From assembly GCF_963921235.1 (NCBI RefSeq), contig NC_086097.1:219668001-219732000 (forward strand): DNA of 64,000 nucleotides, read 5' to 3'. This document shows positions 12,956-25,719 of the stretch, piece by piece. Under the pieces are notes generated by a model. It was not told where the DNA came from. It saw nothing but the letters and a program-made list of their open reading frames with translations, and searched no databases. A program made the position numbers and the translations under genes. Each line of letters opens with the position of its first letter. The stretch's first letter is position 1. This stretch comes from Mobula hypostoma. Lineage: Eukaryota.

Positions 12956-13289
12956 TGCTGCCAGTAGATGCACTACCTTGATGCTGCAGGAGATGGATGA
13001 GATGAAAGGTCAAGCTGTGGAGTTACTCTGTCTCATGTGTGACCCTATCAAAGCTAAGTAATGTGAGAGAAGAGAGCACAAAGAAAAGATTCAGTAATTG
13101 ATATAGTGGCAGCGCAAAAGGATAAAACAGTTAGTAAAATTGATGGTCAGTCAGAGATGGAATCTGATTGTAAATGGTGGTCAATTGGCTGGATGTAGAA
13201 TCTTCAAAGAGAATTATTTCAGAAGATGCAAGACAGCCATACGCGTGTAACAATGAAATTTGAGATGTGGATTGATGAAGTGCAAAGGT

Positions 13290-13808
13290 AGAGAACATAG
13301 AACAACACAGGACCTGACCAACCAGCCCACAATGTCTGTGCCAAACATGATGTCAATTAAATTGCATATCTGCTTCTTAAACATTGGGGATGTATCTGCT
13401 TCCTCCACTTCCCCTGGCAGTACATTTCAGGCATCTACTGTGTAAAAAAATTGCCTTGTATATAAATATATCTCCTTTTAATTCTCCCCTCTCACCTTAA
13501 ATGTATGCCTTCTAGCTCTAGTATTTGAGATTTCCACCCAATATACCCAAACTATGTCTCTCATGATTTTATATCATCCTATCAGGTGCCTCTCAGCCTC
13601 ATGTACTCCAGAGAAAACAGTCCAGGGTTTTCTTATAGCTAATCCTCTCTAATCCAGGCAAGATCCTGGTGAATCGCTTCTGCACCCTCTCCAAAGCCTT
13701 TCTGTGATGTAGCGTTCGGAACTGCACATAGTACTCAAAATGTGGCCTAAGCAAATTTTTTATAGAGCTGTTACATGGTTTCTCATCTTCTACAACTCAA
13801 CACCATGA
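13290..13808 (-). mobile_element. CR1-type LINE 3' fragment
   Basis: agaacatagaaca tail; ctgcaccctctccaaagc is the reverse complement of the ALERVQ motif. Confidence 0.8.
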
Positions 13809-14139
13809 GCTGAGGGTGGCAGATGTTGGTGAATCCAGAAATGGCCTCTGAGATACTATTGATGCCAGGAGACACTGTGAGGGCGGATTTGCTCAAATGC
13901 AACAGACAATGGTATCACACTGTATTGGTAGATTACTGCTACAAGTTCCCATCCATTAGATATATGAACCAGAACAATTACTTTTGGAACTTGAACCCTG
14001 TTTGCAGAGCAAGAAGTTCCTCAGAAACTAGTGACACGAGAACACAATGCTCTGCTGGAGAATTAAGGGAGATTACCAGGTGCCTCAGATCACCATTGTG
14101 ACATGCTCATGGGTTAGATGATCTTAAAAAAAGATACTC

Positions 14140-14660
14140 AATCACTTGAGTTGAGTAAGATGTTCTCCTAAGGGGTCGTCTTTTGTTGGGTTCTCAGTTG
14201 GCTGCTGAAGCTGATCCAGGGTCCACATATTCTGGTGCAGTGTGGACACGAGTAAGTGGTGGCTGTGGTTAGTGATCAGGTCTTTTGGTTGTTCATTCTC
14301 TCCTTTCAAATCCACACTTGTTCTCTGTGGCACAGCAGAGGCTACTCTCATGTAGCGCACCACCCTCTTGAACAGATCTCCTCTGGGTATATCTACTGAG
14401 TGTGATGCCTTCCCAGTTTTTGATGTAATGTTGAATTTCTTCAGGGTGATTTTGATGAATCACCTTTGCCCACCTGGGGCTTGCTGACCTTCCTACATCT
14501 GGGAGTAAAGGATCTGTTTAGGGAGACGTGAGTTAGGTAGCCAAATAGCATGAACTATCCATCGGAGTTGGTGTTGCTTTAACATTGTGAAAATACTGTC
14601 CATGTTGGCCTCTTCCAGTACACTGCTGTTATTGTGTTTGTCCTTCCAGCTGACTTCAAA
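14140..14660 (-). mobile_element. RTE-clade LINE 3' fragment
   Basis: Minus translation QHQLRWIVHAIWLPNSRLPKQILYSQ..GQQAPGGQR is a typical RTE C-terminus; 3' end shared with 60440-61330. Confidence 0.8.
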
Positions 14661-15375
14661 ATGGCTGAATAATTAGGAGGCCCTTTGATTGAATGTGTAG
14701 GATTAAAAGCAAACCCAACCCTTTCTATTTGTCATTCCAGAATCTACACCTAAACATTTCCCTATCTGAATAGAAAGAGGTTTTATGAAAGCAGATTTTT
14801 TTTAAAAAAAAGGATGTCATATATTAAGAATGGAAAGGGATTTATACTCTTGTAGGAGCATGTGTTACTTTTCTACTTTTCGTATGATATCACGCACAGA
14901 TGCTTACTTTCTGCATAAAACAACACCCATCTCCTGACAGCACATAGTCTTTAGTCTGAAAATAAATACAATGTGTGTCTTAACTGCAATATGATGTATT
15001 CTGACACTTCTTCCTCAGCTCGCCATCATCAGCCCCTCGTGATTACTGTCCTCCTCATCAGCCTGAGGCCATCACTCCTCACACCCTACTCACTCCCTGG
15101 CAGACAAGGGTACCAGAACTGTGGGAACACCACCACCTGGAAGTTACCTTCCTCGCCACACATCATCTTCATTGGAAAATATCTCACCTTTCATTCACCA
15201 CAGCTGGTTCAAGATCTTGGGACTCCCACCGTAACAGCACTGGCAATTGGTTCAATATTGTCTCATGTACTTAGATGTAATGAAAAACTTTGTTTTACCT
15301 GCCATCCATCCAGTTGATTTCAAAACATAAATACATCATTGTTATACAAGGGAAACACGATAACAGAATGGAGAT

Positions 15376-15525
15376 TATAGAAACAAACCTACAGCACAAT
15401 ACAGGCCCTTCGGCCCACAAAGCTGTGCCAAACATGTACTTACTTTAGAAATTACCTAGGGTTACCCATAGCCCTCTATTTTTCTAAGCTCCATGTACCT
15501 ATCCAGGAGTTTCTTAAAAGACCGT
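15376..15525 (-). mobile_element. CR1-type 3' tail
   Basis: tagaaac...acagcacaatacaggcccttcggcccacaa. Confidence 0.7.
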
Positions 15526-15529
15526 ATGG

Positions 15530-15895
15530 TAAATGTATAGTTTTATAGTTTCACAGTTACAGAGAAACTGCAGTGCAGGTAGACAAATAAGATACGAGGG
15601 CCATTATGAGATAGAATGTGAAGTCAAGAGTTGATATTTATCATCCAAGATGTCAGTTTCAGAGTCTGATAATGGCAAGACCAAGCTGTTCTGGATCCTG
15701 GTGGTGGGTGTTTTCAAGGTTTTTTTCAATCTTCTGACTGATGGAGGGGGGGGTGGAGAAGGAGAATGGGGGCGTGGGGGTCTTTGATAATGTTGGCAAT
15801 AATGTTTTCCATGACGGCGAGAAGTGTAGACAGATTCCATGGATGGGAGGCTTTTTTTCATGATGGACTGGGCTGTGTCCACAACTGTCTGCACC
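15530..15895 (-). mobile_element. Rex1/Babar-like 3' fragment
   Basis: Minus ORF VQTVVDTAQSIMKKSLPSMESVYTSR. Confidence 0.7.
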
Positions 15896-16649
15896 TTAAC
15901 GAATGGGGTGGTTTTAGAAAGCAGCTCCGTACCACCTATGCAATGGCTCAGCCAGGGAAATCCACATTGCGTAAATAATATTAATAAAACTGTGCACTCT
16001 CCCTGCCTTCCAAATTGCTCGGTGCAGCAAGCATTCCCACAAGACAGGCCTATTCCTCCAACTGCCTTTGTGCAGGAAACCTGCAGAATCATTTTAAAAC
16101 CATATGTATGTGTTACATGATCCATTTTCAATGTAAGATGAAACAAAATTGAGAGACAGGACTTTATGGAAATTATATAAAGTCTCTAACTTTTGTTGCA
16201 GGTCTTCCATGTTCCTGATGCACTGATGCATGGAGGAGCTATGACATATACATGTCTGGTCTCTGTTCGGTAATTTTCACTTTGGTGTAGCTGCCCTGTT
16301 ATGGGCAAATCAGACTTTCACCACACCCAGGAGGCTTGTTTCAGAGTGATGGCTGGTTGGAGCAGGTTTGGTGTTGGAAACCAGCTCATATTCGGTCATT
16401 TTGTATTTGAAACCAGCTGGCTCTTCTAAGGGTATCCACCATCCCCAAATTCCCAGACAGTCCCCATCTGATTTTAAGTATATAACCTTTACCTAGACTG
16501 CTGAACCAAGAGTACAACCATCCACCCATCAATCTGCCTACCTGCCTGGCCCACCTTGAGATCAGTGCACCACGTCAATGGCATTGGTATGGTTTGTGGT
16601 TGCCACGTGTTCAAGCTACAATGGAAAGCTTTCCATGCCTACTGTTCAT

Positions 16650-18670
16650 ACAGATCAAAATCATTTCGCAGTGCTTTGAGGTGGAACAAAGTAAAACAGG
16701 AACAATGCAGAAAAAGTGCAGTGCAGGTAACAATAAACTGCAAGATCATAACAATGTAGATTGCTAGTTCAGGAGTCCATCTTCTTGCGCAAGGAGCCTG
16801 TTCAGGAATCTAATAACAACATGATGGAAGCTGTCCTTGAGCTTGGCAGTACATGCTTTCAGGCTTTTGTATCTTCTGACCGGCAGGAGAAAGGAGAACA
16901 GAGAACGTTCTGGATGGGTGAGGTCAATGATAATGCTGGCTGCTTTGCTGAGACAGCGAGGAGTAGAGACGGGGTCCATGCGGGGCAGGCTGGGTTCTGT
17001 GATGCACCGAACTGTGTCCCCAACTCCACAATTTATTGCAGTCACATGCAGAGCACTTGTCATATCAAGTGGTTATGTATTCATATCGAAGACTTTCTAC
17101 GCTGCATTGATAACAATTACAGTAAGTGGTGCAAAAAGCAAGGAAGAAAATAGTGAGGTAATGTACATGGTTCGTTGTCCCTTCAGAAATCTGATGGTGG
17201 AGGAAAAGAAGCTGTTCCTGAAACATTGAGTGTGTGTCTTCAGGCTCCTGTACCTCCTCCTTCATAATAGTAATGAGAAGAGGGCATGTCCTGGGTGATG
17301 GGGGTCCTTAATGATGGATGCCAGCTTTTGAAGATGTCCTCAATGCTGGAGAGGCTAGTGCCTATTATGGAACTAGCTGAGTTTGCAAATTTCTGCAGCT
17401 TTTTCTGATCCTATACAGTGCCCACCCCATACCAGACAGTTATGCAACCAGTTAGAATGCTCTCATTGGTCCATCTGTAGAAATTTGCTGGAGCAAATAC
17501 CAAATCTCCTCAAACTCAAAAAGAAATATAGCTGCTGCTGTGCCTTCTTTGTAATTGCATCAATATGTTGGGCCCAGAACAATTCCTCAGAGATGTTGAC
17601 ACCCAGGAACTTGGAAATGCTTACCTTTCCACTTCTGATCTCTCAATGAGGACTGGTGCGTGTTCCTTCGACTTCTCCTTCCTGAAGTCTACAATCAGTT
17701 ACTGGTTTTATTGACACTCAGAGCAAGGTTGTTGTTGTGACAGCACTCAACCAGCTGATCTATATCACTTCTGTACGTCTTTTCATCACCATCTGAAATT
17801 TTGCAAACAATAGATGTGTCATTGACCAGTTTATAGGTAGCATTTGAGCTGTGCCTAGCCACACAGTCATGGGTGTAGAGAGAGTAGACCAGTGGGCTGA
17901 GCATGCATCCTTGAGGTGCGCCAGTGTCGACAGTCAATGAGGAGATGTTATTTCTGATTGTGGTCTCTCAGTGAGGCAGCCAAACCTCCAGTTGCAGAGT
18001 GAGGTACAGAGGCCCAAGTTTTGAAGCTTGTTGATTAGAACTGAGAGTATGGTGGTGTTGAACGCTGAGCTGTGGTCAGTAAGCGCAGGTGGTTGGCAAA
18101 GGTTTTCAGTGCTCTACGAGGAACTCTGTCAGGGCTTGATGCCTTGTGAGGGTTCAGCCCCTTGAGCGATGTTCTGATGTCGGCCTCCGAGACAAAGATC
18201 AGAGTCACCAGATGCTGCAGGGATTCACACAGATGTAGTTTTATTCTCTCTTTCAAAGTGTGCATAAAAGGTGTTGAGCTCATCTGGGAGTGAACCGTTT
18301 CTGCCATTCATGATGCCAAGTTTCACCTTGTAGGAAGGAATTTGTGCAAACCCTGTCAGAGCTAATGTGCGTCTGATTCTGTCTCTAACTTCAATCGGAA
18401 TTGCTTCCTTACTCTTCCTAAGTTGTAACTGGACTTCATGAATAGGTCTGGATCACTATTGTTGAATACCATGATCTAGCCTTCAGCAGACTGCGGATTT
18501 CCAGGTTCATCCATGGTTTTTGTTGGGTATGAGCGGTTTGTACTCAAAAGCACGCCCTCATCCACACAGGTCTTGATGAAGTTGTTGACAACTGTGGCAT
18601 ATTCATTCAGATTCGGAGATGAATTCCTGAATATTCTGCGGTCCACTGATTCAAAGCAGTCCTGTAAGTG
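16650..18670 (-). mobile_element. Rex1/Babar-clade LINE fragments (RT plus C-terminus; at least two pieces)
   Basis: TGAPQGCMLSPLVYSLYTHDCVARHSSN...NNLALSVNKT (17695-17937); LQDCFESVD (18476-18676); ITEPSLPRMD..RCLSKAASIIID. Confidence 0.85.
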
Positions 18671-18819
18671 CTCCACTGCTCACTTGTCTATACTGGCATT
18701 CCTTCGAATCCCACTTTCTGAATGCCCATCCTATCCTCTAACCCCACCCCCAGATGCCAACCTCCTACTGCCTTCCTCTGATGTCCAGATGAGGTGTAGA
18801 GGAGTGAAGTAATGACTCG

Positions 18820-19108
18820 CACCATCCTAGACATAGCCTCTTCTCATTACTGCCATCAAGTTGGAGGTACAGGAGCCTGAAGACACATACTCGGTGTTTT
18901 AGGAACAGCTTCCTCTTCTCCTCCATCAGGTTCCTGAATGGCCCATGAACACTACTTCAGTATTTTGCTCTCTTTTTGCACTATTTATTAATTTTTTTCT
19001 GTTTCTTATTGTAATCTTTGGCAATTTTTATGTATTGCATTCTAATGCTGCTGCAAGACAACAAATTTCATGACATATATCAGTGATAACAAACCTGATT
19101 CTGAATCT
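18820..19108 (+). mobile_element. Rex1/Babar-like 3' end
   Basis: ttctcattactgccatcaag..ggaggtacaggagcctgaag, ending aaacctgattctgaatctg. Confidence 0.75.
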
Positions 19109-20255
19109 GGAGCCCCCCCCCACCCAATGATTCTAGCTGCCGATCATCTCATTAACTCCATCGCCAAACGACAGACCTCGAGGCCCGTTGCGATCCTACC
19201 CCAATCCCAGACTCCTGTACTCCATGATGATCCAGTTAATGGAAAGCAGACAGGAAAGGTTGAGTGTACAAGGTCAGATCAGTGGCCTGCAGTGCCTTGG
19301 ATCTGTGGACAAACACATTTCTGAGCAAACTTCTGTTAGTTCAATGCAAACTGACTTCTGAATGCACCTTTACAAGCACTGATCAATTTCCAAGCAGTCC
19401 CTGCCCACAACTCCACCCCCACCATCTACTCCTATTCACATTCCAAACATACTTCCAGTAAGTATCATGGCCAAGCAGTTTTATTGTTTATAAAACTTCC
19501 CCAATTTTTTTAGATTTGATCTGTATTATAAAATTATGGCACTTCTTTTCAGGTACCGTGTCACTTTTGGACCATTAAGTCCCAAACTCATTTCATTGTA
19601 TCCAATAACGTAGCTTAACTAAACCTCACAGGGATACTCCATTCTCCAGTACCGTGATATTTCTCCATGAAAGCCATCTCTCTGTCTTCTCTGAGACTGA
19701 TGGCTAATTTAGTGCAAGAAAGTTTGTGCTTCAATTTACTCTTGCATCAGCCAGCACTAGAGTTGAGACAGCTCAAGTGTCCTTTCGAGCATTTCAGTGG
19801 TGGGGAGGGCAGGAAGCTTGTAGTAGCATCGGGTTGATGGGGAAAAGTGTAACCACTAGGGATGGAGGTAGAGTTGGGTGGGGAAGAAATAATCGTGATT
19901 ACATCTTGTCACTATATAGCAGGCGACGATCTCCTAATAACTGGGAAGTGATGCAGTTTGGGCGGAGTAATAAGTGTAGAACCCACACAAGTTGGTGGGT
20001 CGAGGCAAGCGATGGGGGGATCTCAGTATACAAGCCCAGTGAGCCCTAAACGTGGCAGTACAGGTAGATGAGATGGTGAAGAAAGTATATTAAATATTTG
20101 CCTTCAGTAACCAGGGCACAGAAAATATGAACAGAGAGGTTATTGTGTACTGTGGAGTACTGCCTCACAATAAACTACATATTGCTATGTGGTTGTAATA
20201 CCCTCCAAGAAAATGTGCCTCTGTTCTTTACCTTTAGATCTTGACTAATTTATAC

Positions 20256-20590
20256 ATTGCAACACACACAAAATGCTGGAGGAACTCAGCAGGTCAGGCA
20301 GCATCTATGGAAGTGAATAAACAGTCGATGTCTTGGGCTGAGACCCTTCTTCACGACTGAAATGGAAGGGGGAAGACGCCAGAATAAAAAGTTGGGGAAG
20401 GAGAAAGAGGCTAGCTAGAAGGTGATAGGTGAAGCCAAGTGGGTGGGCAAGGTAAAGGGCTGGAGAAGAAGGAATCTGATAAGAGAGGAGGGTGGACCAT
20501 GGGACAAAGGGAGGAAGAAGGGGACTCAGGGGAATTGATAGGCAGGTGAGAAGAAATAAAAGGGCAAGAGTGTGGAATAGAAGAATTTAT
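20256..20590 (-). mobile_element. Penelope-like pLTR fragment with hammerhead-like motif (20323-20358)
   Basis: Reverse complement closely resembles 41550-41840. Confidence 0.8.
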
Positions 20591-20756
20591 TGCTTTCTTT
20601 TGCTCAGTTCTGCCCTGGTCAGGGTTTTGAAGGGACATTTTTGGTAGTGATCAACGCAGAGGAAGAGTATGAAATATAAATGACTTTGTCCCCATTTAGC
20701 ATATGGATGCTGAATCCAATTGCACCAATCCTGATTTACCCTGCTCAAAAGCTCAA

Positions 20757-21090
20757 GAGATTCTGCAGATGCTGGAAATCTAGAGCAACACACACAAAAT
20801 GCTGGAGGAATTCAGCAGGTCAGGCAGCACCTATGGAGGGGAATAAACTGTTGACATTTTCGGCCAAGAAACTTCATCAGGACTGGAAAGGAATGGAGAC
20901 AGAAGGCGGAATAAGAAGGTGCGAATAAGCAGTCAACGATTTGGGTTGAGACTCTCCTGGGAAAACAGGTGATAAGTGAAACAAGTTGAGGGGAAAGGTG
21001 GGTGAAGGGTCTCGACCCAAAATGTCAACTGTTTATTCCTCTCCATAAATGCTGCCAGACGTGCAGAGTTTCTCCAGAATTCTGGGTGTA
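20757..21090. mobile_element. Penelope-derived short fold-back element
   Basis: About 20790-20880 is an imperfect inverted repeat of about 21001-21090; hammerhead-like motifs in both arms. Confidence 0.7.
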
Positions 21091-22410
21091 TTATCCTCAT
21101 CAAGACTAGTTAATTAGATCTACAGAAACCTTCAGCCAGACTGGGGGTTTATACACGTAAACCAATGGCTATATTTACACTTGGAGCCACTTAGTAAGTG
21201 ATCAGTAATGGATGAGGGCTCTTGGAGGGGAATTGTTTTGAGTTCCACTGGGTTCTCTTTCTTTCTCGTAGCTTTGCTCCTATTCTATAAGAAACAGTTA
21301 CAGACATTTGCAAGTAGATAGCTTAGATGTCAGACCTTCTGATGGAACTTGTCAAGAAGCTGCTCGATAATTTAATCTGTTTGCAGGAAGGTAGAGCATC
21401 AAGAGGCCTGTGAGGGTTCAAGATACTTCTAAAATCAAACATAGGACCAAAGTCGTGATTAACCTCAGGCAAGGTTTTAGCAATAAAATAATTCCAAACT
21501 TTTTCCCAGTGAAAAGTCTCCTGGTGTAAGCTGGTTATTTGATGTTACACTTTACCATGTGACTCAATTAAAATAAAGTTGAATGATTTAAATGGTAAGT
21601 ATTGGATGAATTGTTAAGCATGTTGAAATAATATAGGGGTATTATAAAAATAGTTGTTTTTCTTCTGGTCTTCTGGGAAAATGAATATTCTTATGGTAAC
21701 AAACGAATGCCAGAACCAAAGCCTGATTATAACCTTGTGATTCTGGTGTGTTAAAAGTGAAGCTTCAAATAAACTGTGGCTTAAAGAGCTACTAATTTAA
21801 ACAAGCAGGCACTTTTAAGTCAAACCCACCAGTAATTTCCTTTTCATATTAAAGGAAGAGCAGGATTCTTTCAAACCACAGCTTTCATTCAGCATGATTA
21901 GTGGAATTTTCAATGTCTACAAAATCTTATTTGGTTACATTGCTAGTGTCAGGTGGTACTTGCAGCTGTTACCAGCTGTTGCTAAGAGCAAACATGTACG
22001 TATACTGTTTGATTCCTCTATGGTCGTGATAACCACAGTACCTGGTTTTAAGTCAGGTGCTGCCTGTTTAGATGTTTTTTATTTAGATGGTACTGACTGA
22101 TGGTTGAAGTGCCAATCCACTGTTCTCGCTGGGTTTTAATAATTTAATAATAAATAATTAGTAATTATAATGACATTATTAACAACACAGTTTTAATCAT
22201 TTCAATAAGAGAAGAACCTTTTTTTATTCTTCTAGTGTACAGTAGATGCAGATATAGTCAACTGACTTATTATTCAATAAAAAATGTCATAATGTGTAAA
22301 ATGCAAAACTATAGGTACAGGAAATTTAAAACAAAAATGAAAACAGCTGGAAATTTGCAACACATGACTGCATCAGGAATTTTACAGAGGCTGTCTGCTT
22401 GTGGTGAACT

Positions 22411-22600
22411 GCGCTCATTTCCTCTTTCTCGTGTAGAGAACGAGCACGGGGATTTTCCACAACAGTGGGATTCCCAATGGTGCAAGCGATCATTCGTTTC
22501 GCCCGCAGTGCTTGCAGGGCTTGGCACCGAAAGCCTGACGTGTGCAGGAATGAAAGGTGTTCCCACTCCCTGTGGATGTCTAGCTCGCCCGCGAGCGCGG
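22411..22600. promoter_or_regulatory. CpG-rich candidate enhancer with NF-kB-like sites
   Basis: About 15 CpG in 190 bp in a CpG-poor background; ggggattttcc 22448-22458, gggattccc 22467-22475, tgacgtg. Confidence 0.35.
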
Positions 22601-22799
22601 TTAAAAATGTAGTGTTGGTGAAGAACTGCCATCCATAGAGAACCTATGATTCACTTCGAACATGACAGTCTGCTGTTGCTACCATTTTTCAGTCACCAGG
22701 TTCAAATAAGGTTTGGCTGTCTGCAGCAAGCAAAGAAGTGAATTGACGTGTCTTAATGACAGACGCTGAAGGTATCACACGTACCAGTACAGTAAAGAC

Positions 22800-23087
22800 A
22801 AGCCACAGTAGTGTAGCGGTTAGTGTGATGCTACTCCGACATAGGAGGTGGTTGGAACTTCAGTTCTGGCGTCCATTGTAAGGAGCTTGTGTGCCCTTCC
22901 TGTGAGCATGTGGGTTTCCTCTGGGTGTTCCGGTTTCCTCCCACATTCCAAAGACGTCCCAGTTAGTAGGTTAATTGGTCATTGTAAATTGTGATTAAGT
23001 TAGGCTTAAATCGGTGAGTTGCTGAGCATTGCAGTTCATTGGGCTGGAAGGGCCTGTACCCTGCTGTATCTCTACATAAATAAATAA
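22800..23087 (+). mobile_element. V-SINE
   Basis: A box tagtgtagcgg; V-domain tgggtttcctctgggtgttccggtttcctcccacattccaaagac; TAAA tail. Confidence 0.85.
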
Positions 23088-23119
23088 GTTAATTAATTAA
23101 ACAACTCTTCAGGTAATGA

Positions 23120-24070
23120 GTCAAAATCAATCACATATGTCACCATATACCAGTTTGAAATTCATTTTCCTGCAAGCATTTACCAGAAACTAAAGCAATA
23201 CATAGAATTTCTAAAAGGCTATACATATCGAAAGACAGACAACCAACCAAAGTACAAAAGAAAACAAATTGTGCAATAATGATTAAAATAAACTCATTGG
23301 CCTCTTTATTAGGAATACAAGTGGAACCCAGTGTGGTCTGGTGCTGTAGCCCATCCTCTTTAAGGTTTGATGTCTTGTGCATTCAGAGATGCATACCATT
23401 GTTGTAACGCATGGTTATTTGAGTTACTGTTGCCCTCCTGTCAGCTTGAACCAGTTCAGATATTCTTCTCTGACCTTTTTACCCACAGAACTGCTGCTTA
23501 CTGTATGATTTTTGCTTTTAGCACCATTCTCTGAACAGTTGTACATGAAGATCAGTAGTTTCTCAGATACTCAAACCACCCCATCTGGCACCAATAATCA
23601 TTCCACGGTCAGTCACTTAGATCACATTTCTTCCCCATTATGACATTTGGTCTGAACATCAACTGAACCTCTTGACCATGTCTGCATGCATTGAGTTGTC
23701 GCCACATGATTGGCTGATTATATATTTGCATTAACAAGCAAGTGTACAGGTGTACCTAATAAAGTGGCCACTGAGTGGATTGTTTTTTATTTGCACAGTT
23801 TGTCCTCTTTTACACATTAATTGTTTGTAAGTTTGTAGGGAGTAAGTCTGTAGGTTGTGGAATCAGTTCAGAGTTGAGGTGAGTGAAGTTATCAGAAGCC
23901 TGATGGTTGCAGGATAACAGTTCCTGATGTTGTCATGTGAAATCTGAGGCCCCTGTACCTCCCATTCGATGGTAGTGAGAAGAGATCATGGCCTGGATAT
24001 GGCACCTTGGAAACGTACTCAATGGTGGTGAGGGCTTTGCCTGTGGTGGGCTTGGCTGTATCTATCACTC
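23120..24070 (-). mobile_element. Rex1-like 3' fragment interrupted by a Tc1-like MITE
   Basis: Minus ORF YQRVIDTAKPTTGKALTTIE...HDLFSLPSNGRYRGLR. Confidence 0.6.
23291..23777. mobile_element. Tc1/mariner-like non-autonomous element
   Basis: TIRs actcattggcctctttattagg / cctaataaagtggccactgagtg. Confidence 0.75.
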
Positions 24071-24344
24071 TCTGATATAATAATGCCGAAGAATTTAAAG
24101 TTAAACTGTAGGGAACAGCCTCGTGCACCCTCTCCATAGTATCCTACTTAGCATCTGAAAGTGAAGTCACTTTTTAAATTCCAATTCTGGGTTCACTGTA
24201 ATCAGTGTCTCCTTGTTGGATAATGCCTCAACCAGAAATTGAAGGCACACTGCACAAGGTCTTCTGGATGTGATATCACTGAAGACTCTGACAGAAAGAG
24301 AGATCCTTTGCAGTAGCGATCCATGTATAGACATACCATACCAT

Positions 24345-24573
24345 GGGGTAGCACACTAAAAGAGCAGTGAGCATAACACAATGACAGCACCAGTAACCTG
24401 GGTTCAATTCCATTGCTGCCTGTAAGGAGTTTGTACGTTCTCCCTGTGACTGAATTGGTTTCCTCCCATATTCCAAAGATAGAGTTTAGTAAGTTAATTA
24501 GACACATAGGTGTAATTCGACGGCACAGACTCTTTGACTTCGAAGAGCCTGTATTTCTAAATAAATAAAAAAA
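24345..24573 (+). mobile_element. V-SINE (internally deleted)
   Basis: gggttcaattcc B box; tgtaaggagtttgtacgttctccctgtgac; TAAA tail. Confidence 0.75.
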
Positions 24574-24899
24574 AGTCTTTCCGTTTTTGAGCACATTCAG
24601 ATCCCTTATTTCTTCAGTAGAAGCAAAGCACAAAGCAAGAGAGGAAATGCCCTTGAGTCTGTTCTACAATTCAGTTGCATTATGTCTGATCTGTTTCTTA
24701 ATTCCAACTATTTGCCTGGTTCACTCATGCTTAACACCCATCAAAGATTTGTCAGACTCAGATGTGAAATGTTTAACCCCAACAGCTTCCTGAGACAGAG
24801 TTCCAGGTTTCCACAATTTCTTACATGAAGAAATGCTTGCTGATATCATTGCTTCATGTCTGAGGACTAATTTGAATGTTATGGTTCTAGATTTGCAAT

Positions 24900-25090
24900 A
24901 CACTGTATTTACACAGTTTTTTCTTGCAATTTGGTTGTTGTCTGTCTTGTTGAGTGCAGTCTTTCATTGATTCTATTATGTTTCTTGTATTTACTGTGAT
25001 TGCCCACAAAAAATGGATTTCAGGATGGTACATAGTGACATATATGTATTTGATAAGAAATTTATTTTGAACTTTGAACTTTTGAACTAT
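24900..25090 (+). mobile_element. LINE 3' tail ending (tttgaac)n
   Basis: Same family as 62600-62890; serves as the uninterrupted reference copy. Confidence 0.6.
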
Positions 25091-25169
25091 GTTCTTTTGT
25101 CAACTCTTATATTCATCTCCAACAACGTTAAACAGACTCTTCCTCTGAAAGTAAGTATTCTTTGTTGTG

Positions 25170-25600
25170 GTACTGTCTCGTTGTGTGTCCCTGGGAACAG
25201 CCCATGGATCAGAGAGTTTTCTGTTAAGCAAGTTGCTGGGGATGAACTGGAACATGGATGCTTGCATCCATCTCCACACCTTCCACTGCTAAGAGGTGGA
25301 GACCATTTCTTCCCTACCGTAGCTGTCCTGCCGGGTGTAGAGGAAAGCTGTAACTGGGATGGCCCCTCTCTCCATCAGCCAAGTGAGGTCTTGGTGCTTG
25401 TTGGTCAGATCTGGTGGAGAACAAACCTACCAAGTCCATAGTGTCCCTCTCCTGCAGTGTACAAAGTGCATTCTGTGCCGACCACTGCCTGACGGACTTT
25501 TGGTCAAAGGCGTTTACTTGGAAGAGCTCTTCCTCAAAGGACAGGTAGTGCAGTGACATCCAGCTGACAGGAGTATTGTGTGGTATAGGGACTATACATA
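25170..25600 (-). mobile_element. Tx1-clade LINE ORF2 C-terminal remnant
   Basis: Minus frames give FDQKSVRQWSAQNALCTLQERD and SPDLTNKHQDLTWL..RGAIPV. Confidence 0.65.
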
Positions 25601-25719
25601 AGTCATGCATTCATAAACTGGGGCGGGGGGACCTGTACTCACTTTAAACATAGTTATCACAATTTTTAATTGCTAGAGTGGAAGGAAGACTTAAATTTAA
25701 GAAAAACATCTTTACTAAC

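Larger units (their letters stand above)
8780..14120 (+). mobile_element. Fossil Ty3/Gypsy LTR-retrotransposon gag-pol, fragmented by later insertions
   Basis: Degenerate motifs in Gypsy order. Protease VKLDIEAQNNILP 9088-9126. RT: KRDHYPILTL 9886-9915, SKLDARN 9939-9959, LTTFN 9995-10009, LPFDCRESQDVF 10026-10061. RNase H: DASFKGLGAVL 10871-10903, FASKAFSPAETR*IKIERELLAV 10932-11000, KFRTYL 11021-11038, SDQ*PLEQIYK 12612-12644. Integrase: ADLLKCNRQWY..VLVDYCYKFP and LFAEQEVPQKLV at about 13870-14040. Confidence 0.8.

Noticed and set aside
16230..16640. Possible Tx1/DIRS remnant
   Set aside because: Motif-like fragments were in the wrong order; left unassigned
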